From: Dendrobates tinctorius
Taxonomy: Eukaryota
Direction of reading: 5' to 3'
Assembly: GCF_039654945.1 (NCBI RefSeq)
Contig: NW_027361825.1
Location: 35,402,001-35,466,000, forward strand
DNA length: 64,000 nucleotides
Below are positions 13,280 to 24,700 of the stretch, piece by piece. The first letter of the stretch is position 1; each line of letters opens with the position of its first letter. The translations under genes and the position numbers were made by a program. Under the pieces are notes generated by a model, which saw only the letters and a list, made by a program, of their open reading frames with translations, made no database searches and was not told the DNA's origin.

Positions 13280-14880
13280 GGATAAGGGACCAGGGTGGAT
13301 ATATGAGGGAGTGGGGGAGAGCAGCACAAAAGGCCTTGGTAGATCTATTGGGGGGCTCACATGGGCCTATGAAATATGGGGGGAAAGCAGCACAAGGGAC
13401 CAGGATGGAAATATGGGGGGGAGCAGCACATGGGTCCATGATTGATACATGGGGGGAGCAGCACAAGGGACCAGGTTTTGATACATGGGGGGGGGAGCAG
13501 CACAAGGGACCAGGTTGCCTATATGGGGGGAGCAGCACATGGGTCCATAATTCGTGTATGGAGTGGAGCAACACAAGGGACCGGGATGGATATATGGAGG
13601 GGGGCGCCACCAAGGACTGGGATGGATATATTGGGGGGGGGGGGTGGCAGCACAAAAGGCCTGGATAGATATATGGGGGTGGCAGCACAAGGGACCAGGA
13701 TGGATATATAGAGGGGAGCAGTACAAGGGGCCAGAATGGATATATGGGGGGGGCGGGGGGGGGAAGAGTAGCACAAGGGGCCAGGATGAATATATGGGGG
13801 GGATTGCAGCACGAAGGACCAATATGGATATCTGGGGGGGAGCAGCACAATGGACCAGGATGGATATATTGGGGGATGGCAGCACAAAGGACCAGGATGG
13901 ATATATGGGGGGGGGGGGAGCAGCACATGGGCCCTTGATTGATATATGGGGGGATGGGGCAGCACAAGGGACCAGGATGGATATATGGGGGGGTGGCAGC
14001 ACAAAAGGCCTGGATGTATATATGGGAGTGGCAGCACAAGGGACCAGGATGGATATATGGAGGGGAGCAATACAAGGGGCCAGAATGGATATATGGGGGG
14101 GGGGGGGGGGAGTAGCGCAAGGGGCCAGGATGAATATATATTGGGGGATTGCAGCACAAAGGACCAATATGGATATCTGGGGGGAGCAGCACAAGGGACC
14201 AGGATGTATATATGGGGGGAATCAGCACAAAAGGCCAGGATGGATATATGGGGGGGTGACAGCACAAAGGACCAGGATGGATAAAGGGGGAGGGGAGCAG
14301 CACATGGGCCTATAATTGTTACATGGGGGCACACCACAAAGGACCAGGATGGATATATATGGGGAGCAGCACAAGGGACCAGGATAGATATATGGGGGGA
14401 GGAGCACATGGGGCCATGATTGATATATGGAAGGGAGCAGCACAAGGGACCAGGACAGATATATGGGGAAGCAGCACAAGGGCCGGGATGGATATATGGT
14501 GGGGAGCAGCACAAGGGACCAGGATAGATATATGGTGGGGAGCAGCACAAGGAATCAGGATAGATATATGGGGGGGGAGGAGCACATGGGGCCATGATTG
14601 ATATATGGAGGGGAGCAGCACAAGGGACCAGGATAGATATATGGGAGGAGCACATGGGGCCATGATTGATATATGGAGGGGAGCAGCACAAGGGACCAGG
14701 ATATATGGGGAAGCAGCACAAGGGCCAGGATGGATATATGGTGGGGAGCAGCACAAGGGACCAGGATAAATATATGAGGTGAGCATGGGGCCATGATTGA
14801 TATATGGAAGCCAGAACAAGGGACTATGTTGGATATATGGGGGGGGCCAGGATAGATAAATAGGGAAGCAGGACAAGGGA
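13280..14880. repeat. G-rich ~35-40-bp minisatellite inside the hAT element
   Basis: Repeats of GGGGAGCAGCACAAGGGACCAGGATGGATATATG with variable G runs. Confidence 0.93.
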
Positions 14881-15405
14881 CATATGGAGTCCTGTATGGA
14901 GAGCTGGGGGGGGGGAAGGATAGATAGCTGGGGCCCAGGCTGCAGATATTGGGGCTAGGCTAGACAAATGACATGGGGTCCAGGCTAGGGCATATTATAA
15001 AATAAAGGGTGACAGGCAGGGCTAGATTATTAAATAAAGAGTGCCAGGGACTTAACTACTGTTTGGGGGCCAGAATGAGGAACATGCTTTATTAGTTATG
15101 GTGACAAGTGAAGATAATTATTACTGCTGTAAAATAATTTACTTTTTAAGAAACTGTTTTCCATGGAGGGAACAAAAGGGAGGTCCTGTTAGTGTGCAGT
15201 GTGGCACTAAGTCGCTTTTTTTCTTCATCAGACGTAGTGTAGAAGTCAGGGAAAAAGTGGGGAAAGTGCTCTGGAAGCGATCAGCTATTGCTGACTTGTG
15301 TTATTTTTTGCAGAGACGAGTCCTGGCTGGAAGAAAAATATTCAGGATTGAGAGTCCTCAGTAGTTGATACCTTTTAATGGCTAACTGAAAAGATGGTAA
15401 CACAT

Positions 15406-15444
15406 TGCAAGCTTTCCAGACTACTCAGGTCTCTTCATCAGGCA
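15406..15444 (-). ncRNA. Minimal type-I hammerhead-ribozyme-like motif (Penelope-like element remnant)
   Basis: Minus strand TGC-CTGATGA-A-GAGAC-CTGAGTA-GTCTG-GAAA-GC-TT-GCA: conserved cores, stem II with one mismatch, palindromic AAGCTT at stem III. Confidence 0.6.
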
Positions 15445-16855
15445 TAGACTAATACAAAATCTGAAGTCATATATTTATGCACAATACAGCCTAGAAAAAA
15501 TGCAATAGATAAGACAAGTGACGTGAAGCAGAATTATCAATATGGGAGAGGGAGAAACATAAATATAAACATTGGACCAGTTCATAGATAAGGAGTCTGG
15601 ATGTTTTATGGTCCTCTGATTGGGGTCTAGTTCTGTGTTGCCCCTGTGTTGGCTGGAAGAAGTGATGGGCAGTCTTATGGATCTTTCTTGGATGCATTAT
15701 CCTGTGAAGTGAGCTAGCTTAAAAATTTCCATGTACAAACTCTTTATAACATGTGGTGGGTTCCTGCTGTCAATTTTGTGGATTCCCACTTTATAATAAC
15801 CTTTTCTGTCTTTTTGAAAATAAAATTGTGTTTTTTATTACGACTGGTTCTTTTGTAGATTTTTGCTTTTTCTGATTCTACCATATTGTACTGAACCCTA
15901 TGTAGGTCCATTTTTGTTTGGCACATTATCATTATTTCTTACATATTGTATTTGGTGTATTTTGATTTGATGCCCTAATTATTGACCCAACTCCTCCATA
16001 TTGGCAAAGTGATAATGTATTGATTGGTGGGGATCTGACTGCTTGGACCCATGCAGCAAAATGTGGTACTTTTTATCCCCATTAGACTGGAGTGACATGT
16101 CTGACTTGACCACTGATCCATTCCCTCAGTGGCTGCACTTGGTTTTTTTTTCCTGGAAGCCCGAAAGAGAATGAATGGAGCTGCGGTCAGATATCCCACT
16201 GAATTTTAAAGTGTCCTATCAACGATAAAACTTGCTCATTCTTCCGATCGTTGTAGTCCCTAATGCTTGGACCTAAGTTATCACCTATCCTGTGGAGCCC
16301 ATGGATCGGAGATAACTTGTTTTAACCAAAGAACCCCATTAATGAAAACTACAGTAATTAAATATCCCAGTTTTAGGGGCGCACAGTAGATGTGCAGGAG
16401 CCTCCTGTGTTTTACAGCCGATGCTCCTCTATGTATAACGGGGATAATGACTAAATATTTGCATATAGCTGTAGGGTGGGCCCCAGCCACCCCAGTCCGA
16501 CCCAGATTGTGTCACTATACAGTTTAACGCCACATTGTGCCCAGCTTGGGCTTCTGCGGATATGCACCCATAAATTAAGTGCCTTCTCTGCATTACAATA
16601 ATGCCAAACATGTAGCTGCTTAGTGTGGTTTAGGCACAGTGGGGCATTTGGCAGCGCAGAATTCACTGGATATAATTTCAGGGGGTGGGAGTGAGCCATG
16701 TCACTTTTCCAGAGTCTTTGCTCTAACAGTAACGTGGGAACACCCTAAAGTTCCAGTGACAGACCTGAGTGGGGGCTGCTTTTGTGCAGGATAAATTAGG
16801 GTTTTATTGGTAACATTTTGGCGTACATAACATTTTTCGATTGCTTCCACAATAA

Positions 16856-17229
16856 GACTGGATCACATTCTTGTGTTCTATGCTGACCACTTACCTCAGG
16901 GTTTCTGTGTAAATTCCACAAAAACATGATTCAGACGAAGCCACCCAAAAGGCAGATGGAGACACTTCGCACTCCGTTTGGCGTCTGCTCCGGCCGTCTC
17001 CATCTTTTTAGGCGTGTACAGATCTGTGGTCGACCACACTTGAGCACTAAAAAGACGCTTAAAATGATGGGACACTGCTGGAACATAAGCCAGTCTAAAG
17101 TGACTCCATCTGCCTCATAAGCGAGTGGTTCCATCCAGGATTTTGTCTGAATCGCAGTTTTGGTGAATTTATACGGTAACTCCGAAATAAGCACTCAGCG
17201 GAGAACACAGGATAAATGTGAACTGAGCC
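16856..17229. mobile_element. Degenerate Harbinger-type MITE inside an older piggyBac-like fragment (~16680-18210)
   Basis: GACTGGATCACATT ... AATGTGAACTGAGCC flanked by TAA/TTA. Confidence 0.55.
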
Positions 17230-18215
17230 TTATTCTGATTTTTGGGAGGTAGAATGAACAAATGGACAGCAGTACAAGAATAGTTCTTATTTTTGCGCTG
17301 TTCACAGTGCAGTATAAATGAGGCAGATTTATTCTTCGGGTTGTTGCGATTACAGTGATAACCAGATTTACTGTATATCGGGTTTTTTTAAGTTTTGCTG
17401 CTATCACACAGTAAAAATGTTAGTTTTTTTTATATACAAAGTAGGTTTTTTTTATCACCATAGTCTGAAAGCTGTAACTTATTTTTGACGAGCAAAGCTG
17501 TATGAGGGCTAATTTTTTGCGGGACTTGTTGCATATTTGTTTGGTACATAATATTTTTTGATCACTTTTTATTCAGATTTAAGAAACATTTATGAACACA
17601 CCCCAGCAATTCAGTTATTGTTTTCATTTTTTTGCGTCGTTCACTGTACGGTTAAAGTGAGGAGACCAATTTGTTTGTTGGGTCGGTACGATTGCAGCGA
17701 TACCAGATTTATATTTTTATGCTTAGCTATTTTCACAGACTAAAAACAATATTTTACAAATATTAATTTTTTTTGCATCGCCATACTGAGAGCTGTAACT
17801 TGTTTTTCATGCCGAATAAGCCATATTATTGCTCGGCGTACAACTGGTTTTTTTTTCACTTCTCGAGTCAGTATGATGAAAAAGCGACTTTTTTTTTTAA
17901 TTTATTGTTTCGGTGCCCACCATACAGAATATAAAAAAAAAAAAAAGTACCAGTTTTATAGAGTGTGTTGTTCCGGACGCGGAGATACCAATTGTGCATT
18001 TTTTTTTTTGTTTCATCACAAAAGCTGCACTATGGGTGGTGAAACGGACTTTAGTGATTTTTTTATTTTTATTTTACTTAGTCCCACTGTGGGACATGTA
18101 TAATTTTCAGTTTGATCACTGGTCTCATACACTGCAGTACTTGTGTACTGCAGTGCATGAGACTATCAGTGTTTCACTGACTGTGCCTGTGAGACTCAGC
18201 TTATAATATTCCTTA

Positions 18216-18818
18216 GGCCTGTTTCACACTTCAGTTTTTTTGACGTCAGTTGAAATCCGCCAAGGATTAAAAAAAAACAAAAAAACGGATCTGTTTCCGT
18301 TTGACAAACGGATGCACCGGATCCGTTTTTTGACAGATCCGTTTGAGCCACCAATGACTGAAATTTAAAGCAATAGGACTCTGGAAAAGGAGAGAGATTA
18401 GAGATATTTTACCAGAACGGGGTTTGGGGTTAAATTTCATGAAAGGAAGTTCTTCCGGGCATGCTCAGTATAAAAAGGTGGATCCGTTGGCGGATTCCGT
18501 CAATTAACGGGTGGAAACGGATCCGTCGCCCATAGGCGTCCATTATAACAGATGGCGGACAGCGACGGTTCCGTTGCTATCTGCTATTTTAATGCAGGCA
18601 AAAAACGTTTCATTGTCAGTCCACTCCAGACAGTGGACGCCAATATTATGACGGATCCGTCAAAAAACGGAAGCAGCGGATGATAATCCGTCAAAATCCA
18701 CCGCAAATGCAAGTCAATAGGAAAGAAAACGGATCCGCAAAAAAAATGGTGGATCCTTTTTTTTTTGCAAAACGGCGGATTTTGACTGATGTCAAAAAAC
18801 TGAAGTGTGAAACAGGCC
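18216..18818. mobile_element. PIF/Harbinger MITE related to the element at 30865-38061
   Basis: TIRs GGCCTGTTTCACACTTCAGTTTTTTGAC; TTA TSD at 18213-18215 and 18819-18821; many CGGATCCG motifs. Confidence 0.9.
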
Positions 18819-21149
18819 TTAGTCGCCTGCTTCCTTCTTATGCTGTACAGATCATAAATCTGCAAAGATCTGCGGACCAGGATAGTAATGAGGGACAATA
18901 AGAGATATTATAAAATAAAAAAAAATATCCATCCTTTATTAACAAATTGGTAAGAGATAGCACCGCATACAATAGGTGTCCGCACCGTGCAATCAAAAAA
19001 TAATATATCAAAAAGAATAAAAACAATGTTAAAAAAACCAACCCTGAGGTAACACAATATACATATAAATTTCTACATATGCCTTATTATGCATTGTGCC
19101 CAAGACACAATATAAATATATCGTTAAAGATGTAAATAACAATATATTGCAAAAATGCCCAAAACAATTGGAATATAAAGTGTGCAAAAATAAATCACAT
19201 CAAGTATATATGATATATATGATAATAGTGACCCAAGATAATGTTCAAGTGAAAAAGTGGGTGCAAACAAAAGATTAAGTGTTGGTGTTTAACAAATGTA
19301 TTATTTTTTTATTTCACGGCGCGGATATATATATATTTTTTTTTTTTTCCCCTAGTCCCTCATTACTTTGATCACAGGTTCGGTTTCTTGTTTTTCCTCG
19401 GTCTTCACTTCCTTTCCGAAGGGTCAACCATTCCTCTATTAAGCGGATATATACCACTTATTTTATAACTTGACATATTGATAATCGGGTATATATAATT
19501 GCTGTGTCCAGTATTTTCTATGGACCAGGACAGTTGCAGAGACCACTGCTGCCTACAACAGCATGGCCGCCGTCCAGCAGATTACATGATCACTTGCACA
19601 GTGGCATATGGTATACATAAAATCCTTCTATCTCGTTAAAGGATGTACCTGTGTAACCGGGAGCTGTTTACAGCCCACGTATCCTGCCCTAGTGGCCTAT
19701 TTTTAAGCAAGTCTTCCTTTGATAACGTTACGACATCTGCGCACAGCGATGCACTCGTACGGCGTTGGAATAAACACTTCTAGCATTTTTTTCTTACTAT
19801 TAGATCAAATTGTGCTGAAAGAACATTTTCCTTTAGTCAAGACCCCGGGCTGGCAGCGAGCTGCAATAGAAAGACACAGGTATTATCTTTTAGTTTTACT
19901 GTGCGACTGAAGACCCCATACACATTAGATAAAAGTGGGCCGAGGTCACGGAATTCTGACAATAATCTAATGTATAGGGGGGCTGGTGGACTTCATCTGT
20001 TGAAGGAGATAATTTAATCACCCGCTCCATCAGTCTGGCAACTGCTTACACCGTGATCCCCATAGAGAGAACATGGACGCTCAACTGAGCCAAGTGTTCA
20101 TATGTATAGGGGACAGAGAGATAGAGCTGTTGGCTGACAGTTACACAGGTTGTTTTGGCACCTTATTAGAGGTAGAAAAAAATTTTTAAAAAAAGTGGGA
20201 GCACAGTCAGCTACTATCAGATTGAGTGACAGGTCTCTGCATATAGGATGGGGCTTTATTAGTCAAGCTAGCCAGCCAGCCGTATCTCCGTGTTTTTCTT
20301 TCCTGTAATGTTGTAGTGTTTCAAAGAAGAAGAAAAAAAACCTTGATATGTCAGAAAATAGTACAGGGAAGGAAATTAATTGTTGAAGACAATTTGGTTT
20401 CATTTGGTGGCAAAGCAGTGAGGTTTACAGAACTGGAAATAGCCAAGGCTCCATTCCGGTGCGCGGTGGGTGACATATTAACCCTAATCTTTTTTACTGT
20501 AGCCCACATGTATGTACTTTTTCCAGACTGGAAGGTGGAAAAAAGTATTTTTCTTTCGCAAGAAAAAGGCATCAGAATTATTACCTTCACATTAATGCAT
20601 AATAATAGACAAGAGCATGGTACTCCAATAGCTCTGGGTGAGGGTGAGCGTGCGGCGCAGGATCCCAGTTTTCCTTACAACATCCCAATACAAATCAGCT
20701 CAGCAGAATATGCAAAACACTCCGGGAAGGGAATGCTGAGATGAGCGGAGAATACACAGGGCTCATTTTAACAAGATGCAGAGGATTTACCTTAGGTGAT
20801 CAGCATATAGGCCGGGTTTCCCTTATTTGGTTCAGAATATTTAATGGGATAAAAAAAAAGAAAAAAAAAATCTGACCCAGATGTAAAATGGCAACAAGCA
20901 ACACATTCACATATTCTAATAAAATATTTAATTACAAAAAGACAAAATCACTGCAGCCATTACCTCCAAGTAATAAATGGTGGCAGTGAAAGTATACGGC
21001 TGTCCTTCAATGCAGCCTAAAACAAGTCCATATAGCCAATAAGAATAAACCTCTGAAACGTTTAGCTACGAGACAACAGAACTGTGTATTCCAACTGACA
21101 ATGGGGTCTCAAACCACCAAACAGGCATAAAAACGCAACCAAGTGTATT

Positions 21150-21704
21150 TCATACAGATTTCCTCCCCAACCGCTTAAAGACACTGACGCTCCCAGTGTT
21201 GTCCATCTGAGCGCTGCTGATGTCACTGGAACTGGTCACACGGGCGGTGGTCCCTACAGTCCTCTTGATGGTAAACGGCAGCTTAAATGCCACTTTTGGG
21301 GTCTTGCTGCTGCTGACTTTGCTGTCCTGAGCGACGACTTGCTGTTTCCCCAGTCGCTGTGCCAAGGCAGCGGACGGCTTCTTTTGCTTCCTTTCCTGCT
21401 CTATGTTCACTCGTTGAACGGTGCCCAATCTCTGTGCCAGGGTGATCTTTGTTGTGGCTAGTTTAGGGGGTGCACTTGCAGAGATTTTGGGAGCGAGTCT
21501 CTTTATGGTGGTGGTGGGTGGCTTCTGCTCTGAACTGGTGGCTTTCGCCTTAATGGTAATCCCTGGGATTATTTTCTCTCTGGAGACTGAAGCACTCACT
21601 TTTTTGAGAACACCTGCATACTGTAAAACGCTAGTGTCTTCATCACTATCTGCAGACTTTTCTTCCTCGTGGGGATCCCCTAATCGACTAAACACTCCTG
21701 TGGG
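21150..21704 (-). CDS. C19orf47: C19orf47 last coding exon
   Basis: PTGVFSRLG...[11 protein letters not shown] then TGA; acceptor TTACAG; candidate ATTAAA polyA signal at 20927-20932. Confidence 0.95.
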   Translation of the reverse strand, partial: PTGVFSRLGDPHEEEKSADSDEDTSVLQYAGVLKKVSASVSREKIIPGITIKAKATSSEQKPPTTTIKRLAPKISASAPPKLATTKITLAQRLGTVQRVNIEQERKQKKPSAALAQRLGKQQVVAQDSKVSSSKTPKVAFKLPFTIKRTVGTTARVTSSSDISSAQMDNTGSVSVFKRLGRKSV

Positions 21705-24700
21705 CTGTAAAGGACGGAAATATTATCAAAAAATGGCTGCAAATCATAAAGGCACTCCCAAGCCAAAATGCCCCTAGCTCACCTTTGCTCCTGCTGTTGT
21801 GTCGGCTTTACTTTCTGCCCCCAGTCTGTCAAAGACAGACGTTCTGCTCGTACCTGGGCGAGTTAAAAAGTAGAGGTCATGCGTTAATTTTTACATGAAT
21901 CCCATTATTGTATTGTGCACCACTTGTTCAGTGGGATGCAATATTTCACCCACCTTTTGCAGCTTGTTCCTCCAGGATCTTCTTCGTCCGTGCAGTGGTT
22001 CCTTTGGGCATATTAATGATATACTTCCCTTCCATCTCAGCAGTCACCCTGCGGCGTTTCACAGGAACCTCAGCACTAGCGTCCTCTGCTGGGGAAGACA
22101 AGGCTGGAACAAAAGGGAGGCCATGAGCATCATGTTATACTGGTCCAAAGAGGTTTCAAGCAAAAACTCTCTCGACAGTCCTATTCGCAAAACACAAGGA
22201 GTGCAAACACCAGACACACAAGCGTAATCTTAAATGGCAAAAATCAACAAGGTTTGCACTTTTTTTTAAAAAAGGGAAAACACAAGGTTTGCATACATTT
22301 TATCCATCTGAGAATGCTTGGGTGTTATCCAAGAATCTTGGCTGTGCTTGAATACTATGCTCGAGTCCCTGCAGCTGCATGATTTGTAGTTGTTAAGACA
22401 GATACAAAACATGTGGAGATTGCCCGTTAGGGAATCCCTGAATGTGTTACTGATGTCTAACAATAGCAAAACATGCAGCTGCAGGGACTCGAACATATTA
22501 GTTCAGCACGCCCAAGATACTCTGATAACACTCGACCATGCTCGACTAACACATTACCCAAGCATGTTCACTCATCACTTATCTAAAACTTAATAATTAC
22601 AACACCATTCCTATTTCTTCCGGAACGTGTCACATGGATGACAAATACTTAAAAAAAACGGAAGCGCCGCGGAAGGCATCTAACGTGGTTGATGGACTGG
22701 GTCACACTGCCTTCTTCAGCTCAAAAAAAAAGAAAAAAGAAATCCAGATAAAACCAGTAAAAACGAAAAGCCGAAAAAGCACTCAGGATAAGACAACAAA
22801 AAAGAAAATGTCAGCTTTAAAAAAAAAAAAAATAATAAAAAAAAAAAAAAATAATAGACTTCAGCTTTTCAAAACACCAGCAAGAATTAGCGATTCTGGA
22901 AGCGTCTTCTCCTTGAAAAACAGTAATTTTTGACTGCCAGAAAAAGACACATTGTGAATACACATTAGTTGTGAGACTTCCAGTCTTGGAAGGCCCCTTG
23001 TCAGGTCCATGGGGGTCTCTGTGGTCAGATCCCAACAAATAAGCACATTATTTATTATTCCTATAATTTTGTCTTGCAGTCAAAAGGAGAAAGAAAGAAA
23101 AATATCGGGGGGGAAAAATAAAGTTATTTTTCTTTCTTTCCTGACTAAAAGGGAAAGAAGCAGACAATACACAGTGTAAGATGGCCGCCGGACAGGTCCT
23201 TGAGGGAAGATATGTGTCATCGCGGCTATTAGCAGCGGTGATGTCAGCTAGGAAGTATGCTCCAGCACATAGAGAGGATTGTTTGAGCCATTCCAGGGCC
23301 AGGTTTTATGAGCGGTCATAAGAGATGGTTGGGAATGACCGCTCACATATGCCACCCCAGGGGCATGTTTTGCTGAATAAAATGGAGGCCAATTGCCTCA
23401 TTCAGTGTCTGTGGCTGGAGGTGTGGAGACCTCCATTGTGTGTGTTGTAAAAGACACTGACCTATATGGGAGGATCCGCTGTACTACATGGACTGTGTAT
23501 TTTTTCTGTTTGTTACTCTGTGCCAGGAAAGGCTATTCATTTGTTTTTTTTCTAACCCGAGACGTTTATGCCGTTTGAATGAACTTGCTGGGACACTTCA
23601 GTGATACGGCTTCCTGTGCCTACCTCATCGGCAGCTGAGTGAGCACAGATCCCTACAACATGTAGAAAGGACTACCTGCTAGAGATTTCTTCAGAGCCAC
23701 TTTATTGGACACGGTCACTGAGATATTGGATGTACTTGTCTCCGGCCTGCAGACAGGTGTGGACGGGGGAGAATCCCGACTGAGGCTATTGGCAATCATC
23801 CTTGTGGCAGCTAAAAAGACATGTGGATTAAGATTAAAACTGCCTGGGTCAGCGAAAGATTAGCAAAGACAAAACCTAAATGATCCCAAACCTATAGATA
23901 TTGTGAGAGAAGACCTGTGGCACGTAGGTAATTGCATCAAATCTCATAATAAAGGAAGGCGAGAAAAACTGAGCATAAGACTGAAAATAATAAAGTTTTA
24001 TTACATCAATAATTACGGTTCAATTAAAGTGAGGAAGAAATATGGCTGAGAACATATAAAGGGAAGATGGAATTACCCTAAAGGGCCTGTCACACTAAGT
24101 GATATCGCTAGCAATATCGCTATAACGTCACTGGTTTTTGTGAAGTTATAGCGATATTGCTAGCGATATCGCTATGTCTGATACTTACCTCTGACCGCTC
24201 CCCCGCTGGTTATCGCTGATCGCGCGAGAACGTCCTGGGCCGTTTCTCGTCGTCAGCTTCCTGCTGTGGAGATGAGCGACGCGTGGAGCCGGGCGGGAGG
24301 ACATCAGGATCGCCTCGTCTGACAGGTAAGTAGCGACCCCCGACCCCTGCGATGTCGCTGGTGAGATCTGCCTGTGTGGCAGCTCACTAGCGACCACTTA
24401 GCGATGTACCAGCGATCCTGACCGCGTCATATCGCTAGTCGGGATCGCTGGTACATTGCTAAGTGTGACAGTACCTTTAGATAAGAGGCAAAAAGGGAAG
24501 GGAAAAAACCCCCCACACAATTTATGCGCCAGAACACAATAGTGGCAGTAGATGACCAAAGACCAGTATACCGGGTCTGATGCTGAACCAATACATGTAC
24601 AATTATATTTACATTTTATTTAATTTATCATTCACTGCAGTAAGTTCTGTATTGTGCGACAGGTCTGATACACTAGGGCAGGGGTGGGGAACCTTTTTCC

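Larger units (their letters stand above)
12852..16505. mobile_element. Non-autonomous hAT element carrying a minisatellite and a Penelope-like fragment
   Basis: Perfect 8-bp TSD ATTGTGTC (12844-12851, 16506-16513); imperfect TIRs CAGGGTCGGTCT / AGTCCGACCCAG. Confidence 0.85.

Noticed and set aside
13137-14876. Long Pro/Cys/Gly-rich ORFs up to 411 aa, resembling keratin-associated proteins
   Set aside because: Open in several frames on both strands and confined to a minisatellite inside a hAT element
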